Part shown: positions 23,176 to 37,191 of the stretch, piece by piece | Layout of the letters: each line of letters begins with the position of its first letter | Numbering within the stretch: position 1 is the stretch's first letter | Notes under the pieces: model-generated | What the model was told of the DNA's origin: nothing | What the model saw: the letters and a program-made list of their open reading frames with translations, nothing else | Databases searched by the model: none | Translations under genes and position numbers: made by a program | Source of the DNA: Squalus acanthias | Lineage: Eukaryota | Assembly (NCBI GenBank): GCA_030390025.1 | Contig: CM059432.1 | Span: 105,464,001-105,528,000, forward strand | Direction of reading: 5' to 3' | Length of the DNA: 64,000 nucleotides

Positions 23176-25548
23176 GGCAAAACTCCAATGGTGGCTTCAT
23201 GGGTAAGGACACTGCCTGGCGTAGCATTAAGCCACGCAGGTCAGAAGGCTTAGGGTTTCCCAGTTTATCCTGAGCCAGCTGATCTCAGCTGGGGTAGTAG
23301 TTGAGTGCAACAACTGGTCTCAGCACCCCTGGGCTGGGGAAGAGGAAACAAATCAGCTTGAGTTTCTGTTCCTGATTGGAAAATATGCAGATGTGGATAT
23401 CGGGTGAGAATAGGATAATGTTCAGCTATGATTTTACTGTGGTCAAATAACCTGATGAAATACAATATACAATTATTCAGAGCCAATAATGCCTTGTATA
23501 ATCAAGCCTGAGGCCTGCGCAGCTCCCAGCGTACCCCAGTGTGGCTGCCCACCGAAAGCCTGTACACAAGATGTGTGAAAGCCTCTCAAGGCTACTGAAA
23601 ATGGTGTAATTGTGAGACCTGAGCAGCTCTCTAGTTGTCTAATGCCTGATTGGAATGGGTGCTGAGGGAGAGGCCCGAATAAGAAAAGCGTATTTTCCTC
23701 CTTGGTGATCCTCCTCCCACTGTCTTCCTCCATTCACTCACCTTCCCTTGCTTTCTCCCCTTCCGCTTCCCTTCTCCTTTCCCTCCCCTCCCCTGGCAGA
23801 TGTCTGTCGACACCTGAAATACCAGACCCTGCCTCTCTTGGCAGTCCCAGTGCATCATGAGAGACGTGCTGGTAGCACCAAAGTATATTCAAATGAGCTG
23901 ACCTCATGCTACCAGTGCACCTGAACAGCACCAGTACTGGCAGCACTGTATGGGAGCTGCATGATAGGCCCAATTGTCTATGCTCACACCTGTAGAATGG
24001 TCATTTGGAAAGACACCGAGAGCGGCTGGTGCCCATGGAACTGCACCCAAGCAAGTCAGCACTTTCAGAAAAAAGAACCTTTGTTCTCGCTCTCTCGCAT
24101 GTTCAGCCATTGCTCAAACCCCACCACTCATGCCCAGCACTCATACAATGAGAGCCAGCAGGAACATGGGTTTAGAAGGTTGTTTAGGCGCGAAGGAGTT
24201 AAATGACCCAAGCTTTTGTTGGAACGGCTGTTCTGAAAAATACACTGGCCCAGAAATTGGATATAGCCACAAAACGGGCAGTGTTAGGGCCTAACAATAT
24301 TAAGCTGCACCACCTTAAAATGGCCTAGGTAGCACGCAAAATTTGTGCTCACTCCTCATTAACATGATTATAGTCATGATTTCAGTGCTAAAACTGCAGC
24401 TCAGTGGCTTAACATTCAACAGGTGGACCAATTTTGTGGCCAGTCTAATTCCCAGTCATGTGTGGCACAGGTTTTATTCAGTACTTAAAGGGGAGGTGCA
24501 TTGATGCTACAGCACCTCATTGTCAAGCCAGTTCAAACTGCAGCTGCCACAAGAAGAAGAAGAAGAAGGAAGAATAAGGAGCTGCAAAGCCATGGCAGAG
24601 TGTCCTCAAAGGGAGAGAGCCCGGAGATTTTCTGACGCAGCTCTGGAGGCACTGGTTGTGGCCTTGGAGAGGAGGTGAGCTGTCCTCCTTCCACAGACCA
24701 GAAGGAAACCCTCGCCACAAACCTCCCAAAGGATGTGGCAGGAGATAGCCATCCATGTGAACACCAGCACTGTGGTGGCAAGGTCGGTATGGTCATTCCT
24801 AATTCTTCTTCTCACGTCCCACTTCTCCCCTCATTCCACAATCTCTTCTCACTTTTAAGCTACTGATGTTGTATGCAGGCATGTCTGGCTTCCCCCCACC
24901 CTCCCCTCACCATAACCTGACTCTTGTGCCTTTCTGCTTTCAGCCTGTCCTTGAGGCAATGCAGAAGAGTGAGGGGGGAGAAGAAGAGAAAGAAGACGGC
25001 ACTGCATCACAGCATCTGTCACTCACAGACACCAGCTCAGAAACTGGCATTAATTGTACTTTAGAGGCTAGTGTTGTAGCGGGATCTGCACAGGGTGTGG
25101 CACTGGGCACAAGTGGGCTGCAGCAAGGCCAGGGGGAAAGGGTAGCTCGGGGGCCAGCTCCCTGGAAGGCGAGCTCACGTGAGAGTTCTGCTGCACAGGA
25201 CTCAGATGAGGACCTCGATGGGGCAGCCTTCAGAAGAAGGGTGATGGGCATGCACACCAAATTGATAGGTGCAATGGCAAGCCTGCCAGAGAGCCTCGTG
25301 ACAATGTCAAGGAGTGTGGAGGAGTCCGCCTCCAACATTGCACGGGGCTCTGTGCAAAGCTCGGAGCCCAGGATTTCCAGGCTGGAAATGATGGAAGACT
25401 CCTGAAGAGGCCATGTCAACTCAGACATGATGTTGCGTGTGATGGGCGATGTCATGGCTGTCATTGCAGCACAGGCGGAAGCGACCCGACGTCTTAGTGC
25501 TGCGGCGGAAGCGCAGACTGCTCTCATGCAGTCTCTGGTTGCTGCCAT

Positions 25549-27257
25549 ATAAACTCAGACTGGAGCAGCTCGAGCTCTGGGTTTCGGAGCTTGAGCAGCA
25601 GCTGGTGTCACTGTGGTGTATCTGTGAAGCTGAGAGCTTCGTGGATAGCACATTTCAGGAGGTGGTCACACCGCAGCGTAAGAGTGTGCAGGCAGAAAGG
25701 GAATGGGTGACCATCAGACAGACAAGGAGGACCAGGCAGGTAGTGCAGGAGTCCCCTGAGTGCATCTCGCTCTCCAACCAGTATTCAGTGTGAGGGCGAT
25801 GGTTCCTCTGGTGAGTACAGCCAGAGCCAAGTCCACAGCACCATGGTGGCTCAGCTGTACATGGGGGGAGCAGAAAGATCGGGAAGGCAATAGTGGTAGG
25901 GGATTCGATAGTTAGGAGAACAGACAGGTGTCTTTGCGGCTGCCAACGTGACTCCAGGATGGTATGTTGCCTCCCTGGTGCCAGGGTCAAAGATGTCACT
26001 GAACGGCTGCAGAACATTCTGAGGGGGGAGGGTGAACAGCCAGAGGTTGTGGTCCATATTGGTACCAACGACATAGGTAGAAAAAGGGATGAGGTCCTGC
26101 AGGCAGAATTTAGGGAGCTAAGAAAGAGATTAAGAAGCAGGACCTCAAAGGTAGTAATCTCTGGATTACTCCCACTGCCACGAGCTAGTGAGTATAGAAA
26201 TAGGAGGATAGAGCAAATGAATGCGTGGTTGGAGAGATGGTGCAGGAGGGAGGACTTCAGATTCCTGGGACATTGGGACTAGTTCTGGGGGAGGTGGGAC
26301 CTGTACTGGCCAGATGAGTTGCACCTCAACAGAGCCGGAACCAATGTCCTCGCGGGGGGGTTTGCTAGTGCTGTTGTGGAGGGTTTAAACTAATTTGGCA
26401 GAGGGATGGGCACCAGGATGTAGCATTAGAAAGGAGAAACAACATGCACGAAGGATGGGGAGAGACAGATAGCACTAGAGTAAGAAATAGTAAGGTATTA
26501 GGTGGGGTCAGATTAAGAGAGAATACAAGATGGTCTAAGACAGTTTTACAATGCATGCATGTAAATGCACAAAGCGTGGTAAATAAGGTTGGTGAGCTGC
26601 AGGCGCAAATAGCCACATGGGAATATGATGTCATGGCGATAACGGGGACCTGGCTCAAAAAAGGGCAGGATTGGGTTTTAAATATATCTGGATATAAGGT
26701 GTTCAGGAAAAATCGTTGAAGGTGGCAGAGCAGGTTGAGAAAGCAGTTAAAAAAGCATACGGGATACTGGGCTTCATAAATAGAGACAATGGGCTGGATT
26801 TTGAATGACCCATGGAGTCGGGTTTGGAGGCGTGTGGGGGGTTAAATTTGCGGGGTCGGGGGTCCCGACCCCATCCCGACTCCATCCCGCCTCCACGCAA
26901 TTTTTAAATAATCAGTCGCGGGGTTCCCGACTCCGTCCCGCCTCCAAAAGGCGGGAGAGGCCATTAAAGCCCTTAACAAGCTCTAAATTGGCTCTGTAAT
27001 GCCATTTTGAAACGTTTTAGCTAGTTTAACCCTTTTCTGATGTGAAGCACGCCTGGTGTGAAACAGTCCAGTGAAACCTGGCGGGATCACAAGTGGATAG
27101 CTGACTATCGGCTGCAGGTCCACTATTACAACAGATGTGATGAAGGTAGTAGTAGTATTAGGTGGTGTGAAAGTCGCGTCTGATGCTGCTGCATTGAATG
27201 TGTTCAGAGACTGCATGGCATTTAGTGCGAGAGGACTTGGATGCAAAAAAGCTTCTC

Positions 27258-27294
<37 letters not shown>

Positions 27295-28208
27295 TTCGCT
27301 CTCTCGCTCTCTCCTTTCCTCCCCCCACATCTTGCATCCAGGTCCACTCACATCAAAAGCAAGCCAGGCAGGTCCTCTCTCACCAACAGTCTCTCAGACT
27401 AGGCAGTCAGCAATGATGACATCATCAGAGGCGACTTTCAGACTGAAACCACTAATTAGTTCATGGGTTCCCACATGCTGGAACTCAATTGACCAATTAA
27501 GTGAAAATTGCATCATTCATCCACATTCATCTGGAGTCGGGGGGGAAACACGAAATGTGGATGACACGACCCCAACCCGACCCCAAGGCAAAATCCAGCC
27601 CATAGAGTACAAAAGCAAGGAAGATATGATAAACCTTTATAAATCACTGGTTCGGCCTCAACTGGAGTTTGTGTCCAATTCTGGGCACCACACTTTTGGA
27701 AGGATGTGAAGGCCTTAGAGAGGGTGTAGAAAAGATTTACGAGAATGGTACCAGGGATGAGGGACTTCAGTTATGTGGATAGACTAGAGAAGCGGGGGTT
27801 GTTCTCCTTAGAGCAGAGAAGGTTGGGAGGAGATTTGATAGAGGTGTTTAATATCATGAGGGGTCTGGACAGAGTAGATAGAGAGAAACTGTTCCCATTG
27901 GCGGAAGGTTCGAGAACCAGAGGACACAGATTTAAGGTGATTGGCAGAAGAACCAAAGGCAACGTAAGAAAAAGCTTTTTTACGCAGCGAGTGGTTAGGA
28001 TCTGGAATGCACTGCCTGAAAGGGTGCTGGAGGCAGACTCAATCATGGCTTTCAAAAGGGAATTAGATAAGTACCTGAGGGAAAAAATTTGCAGGGCTAC
28101 GGGGAAAGGGCGGAGGAGCGGGACTAGCTGAAGTGCTAGCTCAAGAGCCAGCACGGGCTCAACGGGCCGAATGACCTCCTTCTCTGCTGTAACCATTCTA
28201 TGATTCTA
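25549..28208 (+). mobile_element. CR1 LINE with large internal ORF2 deletion
   Basis: ORF1 esterase (VGDSIVR, HIGTND). The EN start is joined near 26712 to the RT C-terminus. ATTCTATG tail; 9-bp TSD TGCTGCCAT at 25540-25548 and 28209-28217. Confidence 0.9.
26791..27601. mobile_element. MITE, copy 1 (TIR GGGCTGGATTTT), inserted in CR1
   Basis: Terminal inverted repeats; highly similar to 42477-43244; splits the CR1 RT frame. Confidence 0.88.
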
Positions 28209-28473
28209 TGCTGCCATCATGGCTGGTTTTACCACTGTCAACCGGGGCTTGCAGGGTGTTGCAGCAGCCCAGCAATCTGTGCTCCAAAAGATTGCTAGGA
28301 TTCTGAGTCGCTGCCCCAGGGGAGTGGCAGTGGGTGAGTGCTGGGCACGAGTGGTGGGGCTGCGGAGGGATTCATGAGCCAGGTGCATTGCGAAAACCCT
28401 TGTTTCCGAGCAGCCACCCTCGGGTTCGCTGTGGTGGCTGGAAGATCGCTGGCACACCGGACTGACACAGGAT

Positions 28474-30248
28474 TTTTTTTTTTTTATTCGTTCATGAGAT
28501 GTGGGAGTCACTGGCAAAGCCAGCATTTATTGCCCATCCCTAATTGCCCTTGAGAAGGTGGTGGTGAGCCGCCTTCTTGAACCGCTGCAGTCCGTGTGGT
28601 GAAGGTACTCCCACAGTGCTGTTAGGGAGGGAGTTCCAGGATTTTGACCCAGCGACGTTGAAGGATCAGTGATATACTTCTAAATCAGGATGGTGTGTGA
28701 CTTGGAGGGGCACTTAGAGATGGTGGTGTTCCCATGCGCCTGCTGCCCTTGTCCTTCTAGGTGGAAGAAGTCGCGGGTTTGGGAGGTGCTGCCGAAGAAG
28801 CCTTGGCGAGTTGCTGCAGTGCATCTTGTTCATGGAGCCTCCTCCTCCCGTTGGTTGTTTAATGGTCCACCACTGGATGTGGCAGGACTGCAGAGCTTTG
28901 ATCTGATCTGTTGATTGTGGGATCGCTTAGCCCTCTCTATAGCATGCTGCTTCCGCTTTTTAGCATGCATTTAGTCCTGTGTTGCAGCTTCCCCAGGTTG
29001 GCACCTCATTTTTAGGTACACCTGGTGCTGCTTCTGGCATGCTCTTCTGCACTCCTTATTGAACCAGGGTTGGTCCCCTGGCTTGATGGTAATGGTAGAG
29101 TGAGGGATATGTCGTGCCATGAGGTTACAGATTGTGGTGGAATACAGTTCTGCTGCTGCTGATGGCCCACAGCGCCTCATGGATGCCCAGTTTTGAGCTG
29201 CTAGATCTGTTCTGAATCTATCCCATTTAGCACGGTGGTAGTGCTACACAACATGATGGAGGGTGTCCTCAGTGTGAAGACGGAACTTTGTCTCCACAAT
29301 GACTGCTACCAATACAGATGCATCTGCAACAGGTAGATTGGTGAGGACGAGGTCAAGTAGGTTTTTCCCTCGTGTTCGTTCTCTCACCACCTGTTGCAAG
29401 CCCAGTCTGGCAGCTATATTCATCAGGACTCGGCCAGCTCGGTCAGTAGTGGTGCTACCGAGCCACTCTTGGTGATGAACATTGAAGTCCCCTACCCAGA
29501 GTACATTCTGTTCCCTTGCTACTCTCAGTGCTTCTTCCAAGTGGTGTTCAACATGGAGGAGTACTGATTCATCAGCTGAGGGAGGGCGGTTGGTGGTAAT
29601 CAGCAGGAGGTTTCCTTGCCCATGCTTGACCTGAAGCTATGAGACCTCATGAGGTCCGGAGTCAATGTTGAGAACCCCCTTGGCCACTCCTGCCCGACTG
29701 TATACCACTGTGCCGCCACACCTGTCCTGGTGGGACAGGACATACCCAGGGATGGTGATGGAGGAGTTTGGGACATTGGCTGATAGGTATGATCCTGTGA
29801 GTATGACTATGTCAGGCTGTTGCTTGACTAGTCTGTGGGACAGCTCTCCCAATTTTTGGACAAGTCCCCAGATGTTGGTGAGGAGGACTTTACAGGGTCG
29901 ACTGTGCCGAGGTCGATGCCGGGTGGACCAGTTTTATTCTTATTATTGTGTTTTGGTTACAAATGAGTGGCTTGCTAGGCCATTTCAGAGGGCAGTCAAC
30001 CACATTTCTGTGGGTCTGGATGGCAGCTTTCCTTCCCTATATAGAACATTAGTAAACCAGATGGGTTTTTACGACAATCCGATCGTTGTTATCATTACTG
30101 ATACTAGCTTTTTAGTCCTGATTTATTTAATTAACTGAATTTAAATTCCCCAGCTGCCGTGGTGGGATTATGAACTCACATCCCTGGGTCATTAGTCCAG
30201 GCCTCTGGATTACTGGTCCAGTAACATTCCCACTATGCTACCGTTCCC
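28474..30248 (-). mobile_element. LINE family A copy 2, internally deleted (RT lost), with intact tRNA-derived 5' head
   Basis: Same tail and EN as 1497-14449. Deletion junction near 28830. Head GGGAACGGTAGCATAGTGG...GAGTTC(A)TAATCCCACC. Confidence 0.88.
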
Positions 30249-32109
30249 GTGATGATCAAGGCATCACTGCTACTGCCAGGATAGCGGGAATTTACCATCA
30301 GGAAGCGCTGGGCCTTGTTGCACAGCAACTGCACATTAAGAAAGTGGTAACCTTTGCGGTTATGGAATATCTGAGGATTGTTACACGGCGCCCGCAAAGC
30401 CACGTGTGCAGTTGATGGCGCCCTGCACCATGGGGAAGCCCACTATCCTGGCAAAGCCACATGCGCACTCATTCTGCTTCTCTCTGTTCAGAGAGAAGAC
30501 AACGAAGTTCCTTCTCCTGGTGTAGAGAACCTCTGTGATCTCCCGGACGCAGTGATGGACGGTGAATTGTGAGATGTTAGCTATGTCTCCTGCTACAGAC
30601 TAGAAGGATCCGCTGGTGAAGAAATTGAGGGCCACGGTGACCTTGACTGCCACTGGGAGAGCCGTGGTCGCCCTGCTCTCAGGCTGCAGCTCTGGTTGCA
30701 GGAGGTGGCAGAGTTCTGTGACCACCTCCTTGGTGAAGCATAGCTTCCTAATACACTGCTCCTCGCTTCAGAGAGAATTACTCTCTGAAGACCCTAGGTG
30801 GGTGAGGCCTCCTGTTCAGAGCCCACCTGCCCCTCCTCCTACTCCCTCTGTGCGCATCTTCTCCCCTTCTTCACTGCCTCCGCTCCCTCTCCTGAAGATC
30901 CTCAAGCACGAGGGGATCCGCCAGTTGCTCCCCCTGACTGTGAGCAAGTGTTGTGAGGAGAAGCTTTTAAATAATAATGAAGGCGTCTCCACTTGCAGCA
31001 ACTCTCCCTGTTACCTTAGAACCTTGAAATCATTTAATAAAGCTGCTGGAGTTGCAGAAAGTTGCACAGAGCCAGTCAAACTGAACAAATGTGTCAGTGA
31101 TTGCTGATGATCCCTTTAAATACCGCTGCTGGACCTTCCTTCCTACTTGTCAACGCTTGCTCAGCTCGTCGAAGTTAAGGCATGCCGGTAAGTGGAGCGG
31201 TGCTAACGGAGCGCAAATCCCCTCGTGCCCGGGCATGGCACCGCTAACGCCTCCCGTGAAATTTAATGGGAGGTTAGTGGCGGCGGTAGCCGGTAGCGCT
31301 CCGCGGCGCTGCGCCACCGGCAATTACGTCATCGCCGTGCGCAGCGCCCCACTTGCGCCCCAGCCACAAACTTCGCTTGCGCCCCCTGAACTATCACCAG
31401 AGGAGGCTGGCAATGACGTGGCACTACGTGCCGACGCGTGTGGCGCTGTTGCACGTAGCGCCGCAATCTTCAGTTGTAGTGCCCCAAGAAGGAGGTGGAG
31501 CGCTCCCATTAGCGTTCCACCTCCTGCTTGGGGCGCGACTAATGAATTTTCAGCGGAGGGGCGCTAACTTTGTCGGGGCGCTAAGGCAACGTTAACGCTC
31601 CAAAGGGGGCACCACCCAATTTTTCCCCCTTGTTGCCTTCAAGGTCCATAGGGTGAGTCATAAGTGTAGGAACAGAAATAGCTTGTGCTAAAGCTAAAAG
31701 ACATTCAGGTGCCCAAGACCTGTGCCTGGACATATACGTGCCGTTCCTATGATTGGAAGGATTTTGCCGCAGTTCTGGTTTTTGGGGTATAATGTAAGAG
31801 GTTTGGGTCTCTCTCGATGTAGAAGATCCATGGAGGGCACCCGGCAGGTGAACATGTGTACGTGAGGAGGCAGTACGGGGAATGGGTCACGCCTTCTACC
31901 CAAAGGGCAAGGGGTAATATAATTCTCTATTGTACTTTGTAAACTACTGCTTAAATACTGTAATGTACTTGCTTATGCCAATTAAAATCATATAACTGCA
32001 ACCAATATGGTGCCAGTGTCGAACAATTGAACAGACAGTCCCAAAAGTGCCCTGTTGCCAACTTCAATGGAAAAGAAAGTATAACAGGCACTGATCCAAT
32101 ATTGCAATA

Positions 32110-32727
32110 GCAAAATACTGCGGATGTTGGAAATCTGAAATAACAACAGAGAATGCTGGAAACACTCAGCAAGTCAGGCAGTATCGAGGGCCATGTCAAC
32201 CACGGTAGAGGGGAATCCTTGGTTGAGAAAAAAGGAAAACATACCGGAAGCACTAGTATGGAATGTCTTCCTTTTTCCTCAACTAAGGATTCTCCACTAC
32301 GGGGTTGACATGGCCCTCATCTTTCTATTAGGCACTTTACAGCCTTCTGGCCTTAACATCGAGTTCAACAATTTCAGACTATAACCTGTATTTCTTTAAT
32401 TCTTTTCTCACATGGTAGCTGTTAATGTTGCTGCCATCATCATTCACACCTCATCTAGAGCCATCTTTTGTTTCTTAACTTGCACCATTATCTCTCCTTT
32501 TGCCTTGCACCATCATCCCTCGTCAGTCAATCTCTCCTGCCTTCCATCCTATCACAGACCTTCCCTTTGTTCTTTCCTCCCCTACTCCCTGCCCCTACTT
32601 AAAAATCTCTCTTCTCTAACCTTTTCCAGTTCTGACGAAGAGTCCCAGACTCGAAACATTGACTCTGTTTCTCTCTCCTCGATGCTGCCTGACCTGCTGA
32701 GAGTTTCCAGCATTTTCTGTTGTTATT
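32110..32727 (+). mobile_element. Penelope-like element remnant with inverted terminal copies
   Basis: GIY-YIG C-terminus IFLLGTLQPSGLNIEFNNF. About 32130-32185 is the reverse complement of 32681-32727. Flanking imperfect 16-bp direct repeat ACTGAT(C/T)CA(A/T)TATTGC. Confidence 0.8.
32628..32664 (+). ncRNA. Minimal hammerhead ribozyme (Penelope-associated), stem III CpG-decayed
   Basis: AGTT-CTGACGA-A-GAGTC-cca-GACTC-GAAA-CATT-GACT. Confidence 0.7.
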
Positions 32728-33877
32728 ACTGATTCATTATTGCCCGCTTTACACCCTGCCGTGTCCAAAGTTCTGGCCGGAAGAAGACGACAAGGGTCAG
32801 GGGGAGCAGAAAGCTTACTTTGGTAGCTCTGATTAAACCTTATCCTGAACTGCAAAGGGGTCATGGGGTTCAAAGAGGTGGCACTCCTTGCCACAGCCAC
32901 CACCCTGCGCAAAGTGTATACCACATGCTTGGCAGGTCTGTAGCCCTTGACAACAGACTGTCACTCCTGCTCCATATCTCTAACAGGAGGACATCTACAT
33001 CATAGTTCCCGAGGTTCACCGCTCCTATTTTGGTCCTTGCTGCAATCCTTCTCGCCCAGGTTTCCTGTTTTCTCCAATGCTGCCATTGCCCCTTTCAGCA
33101 GCATCAGGCTTTATATCCTGCTGCTGCACCAGCTCTCCACCTCTCCTCCAACCAGTCAAGGCCTTTTGGGGGCCTAACTTGCATCTGTGCCAGAGTTTCC
33201 CCCCGCCCCCCTCAGTGTTTCTGAGGCATTGCTGGCTAGATTTACACAGCCTGCAAGCCTCTCAATTTGCTGATTATCCAACCCTGCCACTTATGGCAGG
33301 AGCAGCACCAGGACATTATGGTCAGTAGAACTGCTGCCCATCTCACTTCCGGTAGCGCAATGTCGCCATTGGAGGTTCAGGCCTGTGGAATTCACAACAC
33401 TGAAGAAGTCCATTTGTGCTGGTGTTAGCTCTTCAACTAGGGATGTCTTCTGTAATCCCAGCTCCCTGTCCTTTCTCTTTATCCTTTTATATTCTTCCTT
33501 TTCAAACACTCATCCAATTCTTTGTGTGTTTCATCTTACATGTTTACTGTAAGCTCACATCTGTTTTAATACTTGCAGCAATGGGTGCATATAAAGCCAG
33601 AAGACATGAAACAAGCTATAGAGTTACGTAATGATATGTAGGAAAAAATGACTACGTGCTGTAAACAATCCATTTTTAGCTGTTTTTAATTAAGATGGTT
33701 TCTAAATATCAGTGTTAGATAAATACAAAAACATACCTTTTCAATCCAAAACACTAGAGACCCATGTAGACAATATTGATTTCAATTGTGTAATAATACT
33801 AACAAGATTCAGTAATGTGAACTCGTTAATTTGGCATTGATAATACTGATAAACCATTACACAAAATATAAAGAAAT

Positions 33878-34146
33878 AAAGAACTTGCATTGATATAGCG
33901 CCTATCTCAGCCTCAGGATGTCCCAAAGCACTTTACAACCAATGAAATACTCTTGAAGTGTAGTCACTATTTTAATATAGGAAACACAGCAGCCAATTTG
34001 TGGACAGCAGGTTCCCACAAACAGCAATGAAAGACGGCATGTGTGACATTGCATCACTCACTCAGTTCTGCACTGAACTGTCAGCTTGGATTTTGTGGTC
34101 AAATCTCTGGAGTGAGACTTCAACCCACAACTTTCTGACTCAGAGA
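33878..34146 (-). mobile_element. DeuSINE copy, internally deleted
   Basis: Head and tail match 22772-23175 and 52437-52860. Confidence 0.7.
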
Positions 34147-37100
34147 TAAGATTAAAAGAAACAGATGTGATTAAAGTCAAGTTTTCATTGAAGGTATCGA
34201 TCACTTTCTTCTTGTTCCTAATTTTTGTGGGAAAATGCTTACATTGTGAGCTACAAATGCAACCACAGTTCATTTATAATTTCGTTCAACATGAAATAAT
34301 AGATATGAATGCTCTACATGGATTTCATCAAATACTATTGGTGTTAGCTAAGATCCAGAATTCAATTGGCCAAGTGACCCACCAGTATTCACTTTTGTGC
34401 CTGCAGCATGGCACTTACTATCAGATTCTCTTAAAGTCTGAACTTTCCGTACATGTAACCTGCATTTGGTCCATGACAATAAAACTGACAATTAAATGTG
34501 ATTGTGCATTTGTAAATGTTTAATTAAACTCAAAAATATTTTTCTAGACATTGTCTGTACTTACATCGTTAAATATAATGCTGACAACTTTTAATGTTTA
34601 GTGGAATATTGTCTGTATTTACATCATTAAATACAATACTGACAACTTTTGCAGTCTCTAAAAGTGGCATACGGTGTGCTTTGTAACTTCATGCTTTTTG
34701 AATGAGAAACATACATAAATGAGGAGTTTGAGGCAGCCGTTAACCATTATCAGAAGATGTCTTTCAATTCTACCTTATTAAATCTTCAACCATCTGGCTA
34801 TATATGAAGACTTTACAGGGCATATTTTTCACAGAGATACAAAGCCTTGCTGAATCCATTACCTGGCTGTAGCTCCATATACTCAAAAGTGATGCTCTGC
34901 AAGCAAACGTTCACTGAAATCCTTTTGCACAAGCTGTTCTTTTCAAAATTGTCCTATCCAATGCTGCTGCACCCAAGTGTAAATGTGCACCACATCAATG
35001 TTTAAATTAAGATGATAAAATTAAGACTAGCAATTTGCATTATTCTAACTATTATCAAAGAACAACAAATTTGAAAAAATGCAAGTTATAAATTTTTGCC
35101 ACTTCTAAAAACATTTTTTTTTAGAAATATTCAGCCCCATTTGTAAATCGCTTCCACTAAGATTTGTATAAGAGGATCACTATATTTAGGGAAGGGTGTT
35201 CTTTCTTGTTTCTCTTGTGCTGCCTATTGAAAATGGTATAATCAGTACAGGCAAGCTGCAGTTCTTTAGAAACAATTTAATTTATTTTACACTAGCAAGG
35301 GATCTTATCTGAAAGTAAGGGTCCGCAAATAATATCACGGAAAAGGTAGTTTTCAGATAAAGAAAACATGCATATAAGTATCATCTTTTGTATATAATAT
35401 GCCTTTGCTGGGGTTTCCAATCTTAACTAGGCCAAAGGAGACACGGAGTCAATCTGAAGGGTGCCACTCTGGACACATCTGCATCCCATCATGTCAGTTC
35501 TGGAGTGGCACTGTTAGACATGGAGGAGCAGTTTGGTTATCCACCCTTTTAGCTAAGGAATACTGTATGGCATGAGGAGGTATGTAGGAGGGGGGATATT
35601 GAGAACATTCTGACTTCTGAGCAAATCACTTACTCTTGTTGTGGACTCTTTTACTACAAATTGTTCCTCATTGTTTAAAGCAGCTGGGAAACATCAGCTC
35701 TTGGCTATTCATAGAGCAATTTGATGAGCAATCGTGTCAGCAGACTGATCAAGTGTTCTGTATTTTTACAGCAAACATTGCTGCAATTTGTTATATCATT
35801 GTTATGATCTGTTTGAAGCATTAGTGTTGTAAATTACCACACAATTATATCTGTTGCAAATTTACAGTGTAGTTGATTTGTCTGCTACCACTATTGCTAT
35901 AATTCAATAGCATGTCTCCATGAGCAACTGAGGGCCTGATGTTCCAGTGCTTATGAACCGAAAAGTCAGATTTGTACAGAAATTCCTGACTAAACCGAGT
36001 CTTTAAAACCAAAACATCTGTTTCAGAATACGTTCTCCTTTCTTTGCCTGTATCTGATCTGAGTGTTTAGGTTATGTTTTGTAATTGCTTTATAACAATC
36101 ACCACCATATTAATACCTAGTAGCTAGTTTCAGTTGAATATATGTTCATTAACATTCAGATGACCCTTCCTCTCAGCCCTGTACCAACATTACCTTCTGT
36201 ACTCTATCTGTTCTCAAATGCTAATTTCTTTTTTTAAGTAGTACAGTAAAACTTTAAAAAGTAGTACAGTAAAAAAAAAATCAGCTGTACTATTCAATAC
36301 ATAAGGATTAAAAATACTCCATGTTCTGGTTAACGGTTCCTTTTAGCGAACATAAAGATTTTGTTCTTTGCTCTTTTAAGGTATTTGTGAACAGAACGGA
36401 CAAATCCACCTACTGGGAATGAAATGTACAGAATATGCACACCAGAATGATAATGTGGATTAGATACTTGCACTATAAAAAATGGAGAAAAAACCCACTC
36501 ATGAATACAGCAGGATTGGGACAACAAGGCACACTTAACAATCCTCAAAGCATGAAAACACGTTCTACTGCAGTGAAGAATACAGAATAAAAACATAAAA
36601 TTGAGAAACACTCCTTAATATAGTGAAATGATATTTGACAAGCCTGTGCCATCAAAGCATGAAAATAAATTGTAATATTTTGAAGAATATAAAAGGAAAT
36701 GACTGCTTCATTATCACTACAGTGGAATCTTAATTAAATTCTTATACAAGTATGCTAACAAAAGCTTATCTCTATAGTCACTCATTGATGGGGTAGCAGT
36801 GATGAACCATGATTTTCTGTCCAAAATATTTGTTCAAACTGTGCCCTCAGCATCTATTTTATTTCTGGGTAGTTTAACTGCATTGTACGTTATTTAAGGT
36901 GGAGAACTGCTGCTGAACAGGACCAGATATCACTCAGCACTGAATCACTCGTTGTGTACTTTTGTTTACCCTACATGTTGACCTTTAGAAAACAGCAAAT
37001 TAGTGGTTATGTTATGAATTTGTAATGCTACAATCTTACAACTATTCAGTGAATAGTCAAAAGCTTACCGTATTTTATTATAAATGAACAGACTACATTA

Positions 37101-37185
37101 AAATAAGCTAATGTGAGTATTATTAATACAATGATGCTTGAGAGGCAGTAAAACAGGGAAAGGTTGTGAAAAATAACCAGCACTT

Positions 37186-37191
37186 TTTATT
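37186..37191 (-). terminator. Candidate poly(A) signal of the TNFRSF6B-like gene
   Basis: AATAAA on the minus strand ~75 nt past the stop codon; other AATAAA hexamers lie further downstream. Confidence 0.45.

Larger units (their letters stand above)
24247..31630. mobile_element. PIF/Harbinger DNA transposon, degenerate: Myb/SANT-like gene (+) convergent with transposase (-), with CR1, MITE and LINE-A insertions
   Basis: +24592 MAECPQRERARRFSDAALEALV..MWQEIA (Myb/SANT-like). Minus-strand 28340-28470 and 30250-30930 give GWLLG.KG..WLM, GFPMVQGAI.CT and NRKGYHFLNVQL. Ends approximate. Confidence 0.75.

Noticed and set aside
23180..23470. Additional SINE-like repeat
   Set aside because: Looks repeat-like but is single in the window with no clear boxes.
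32780..33540. Coding-looking minus-strand segment (MFEKEEYKRIKRKDREL...)
   Set aside because: Fragmented frames, no recognisable domain or consistent splice sites; probably a decayed transposon.
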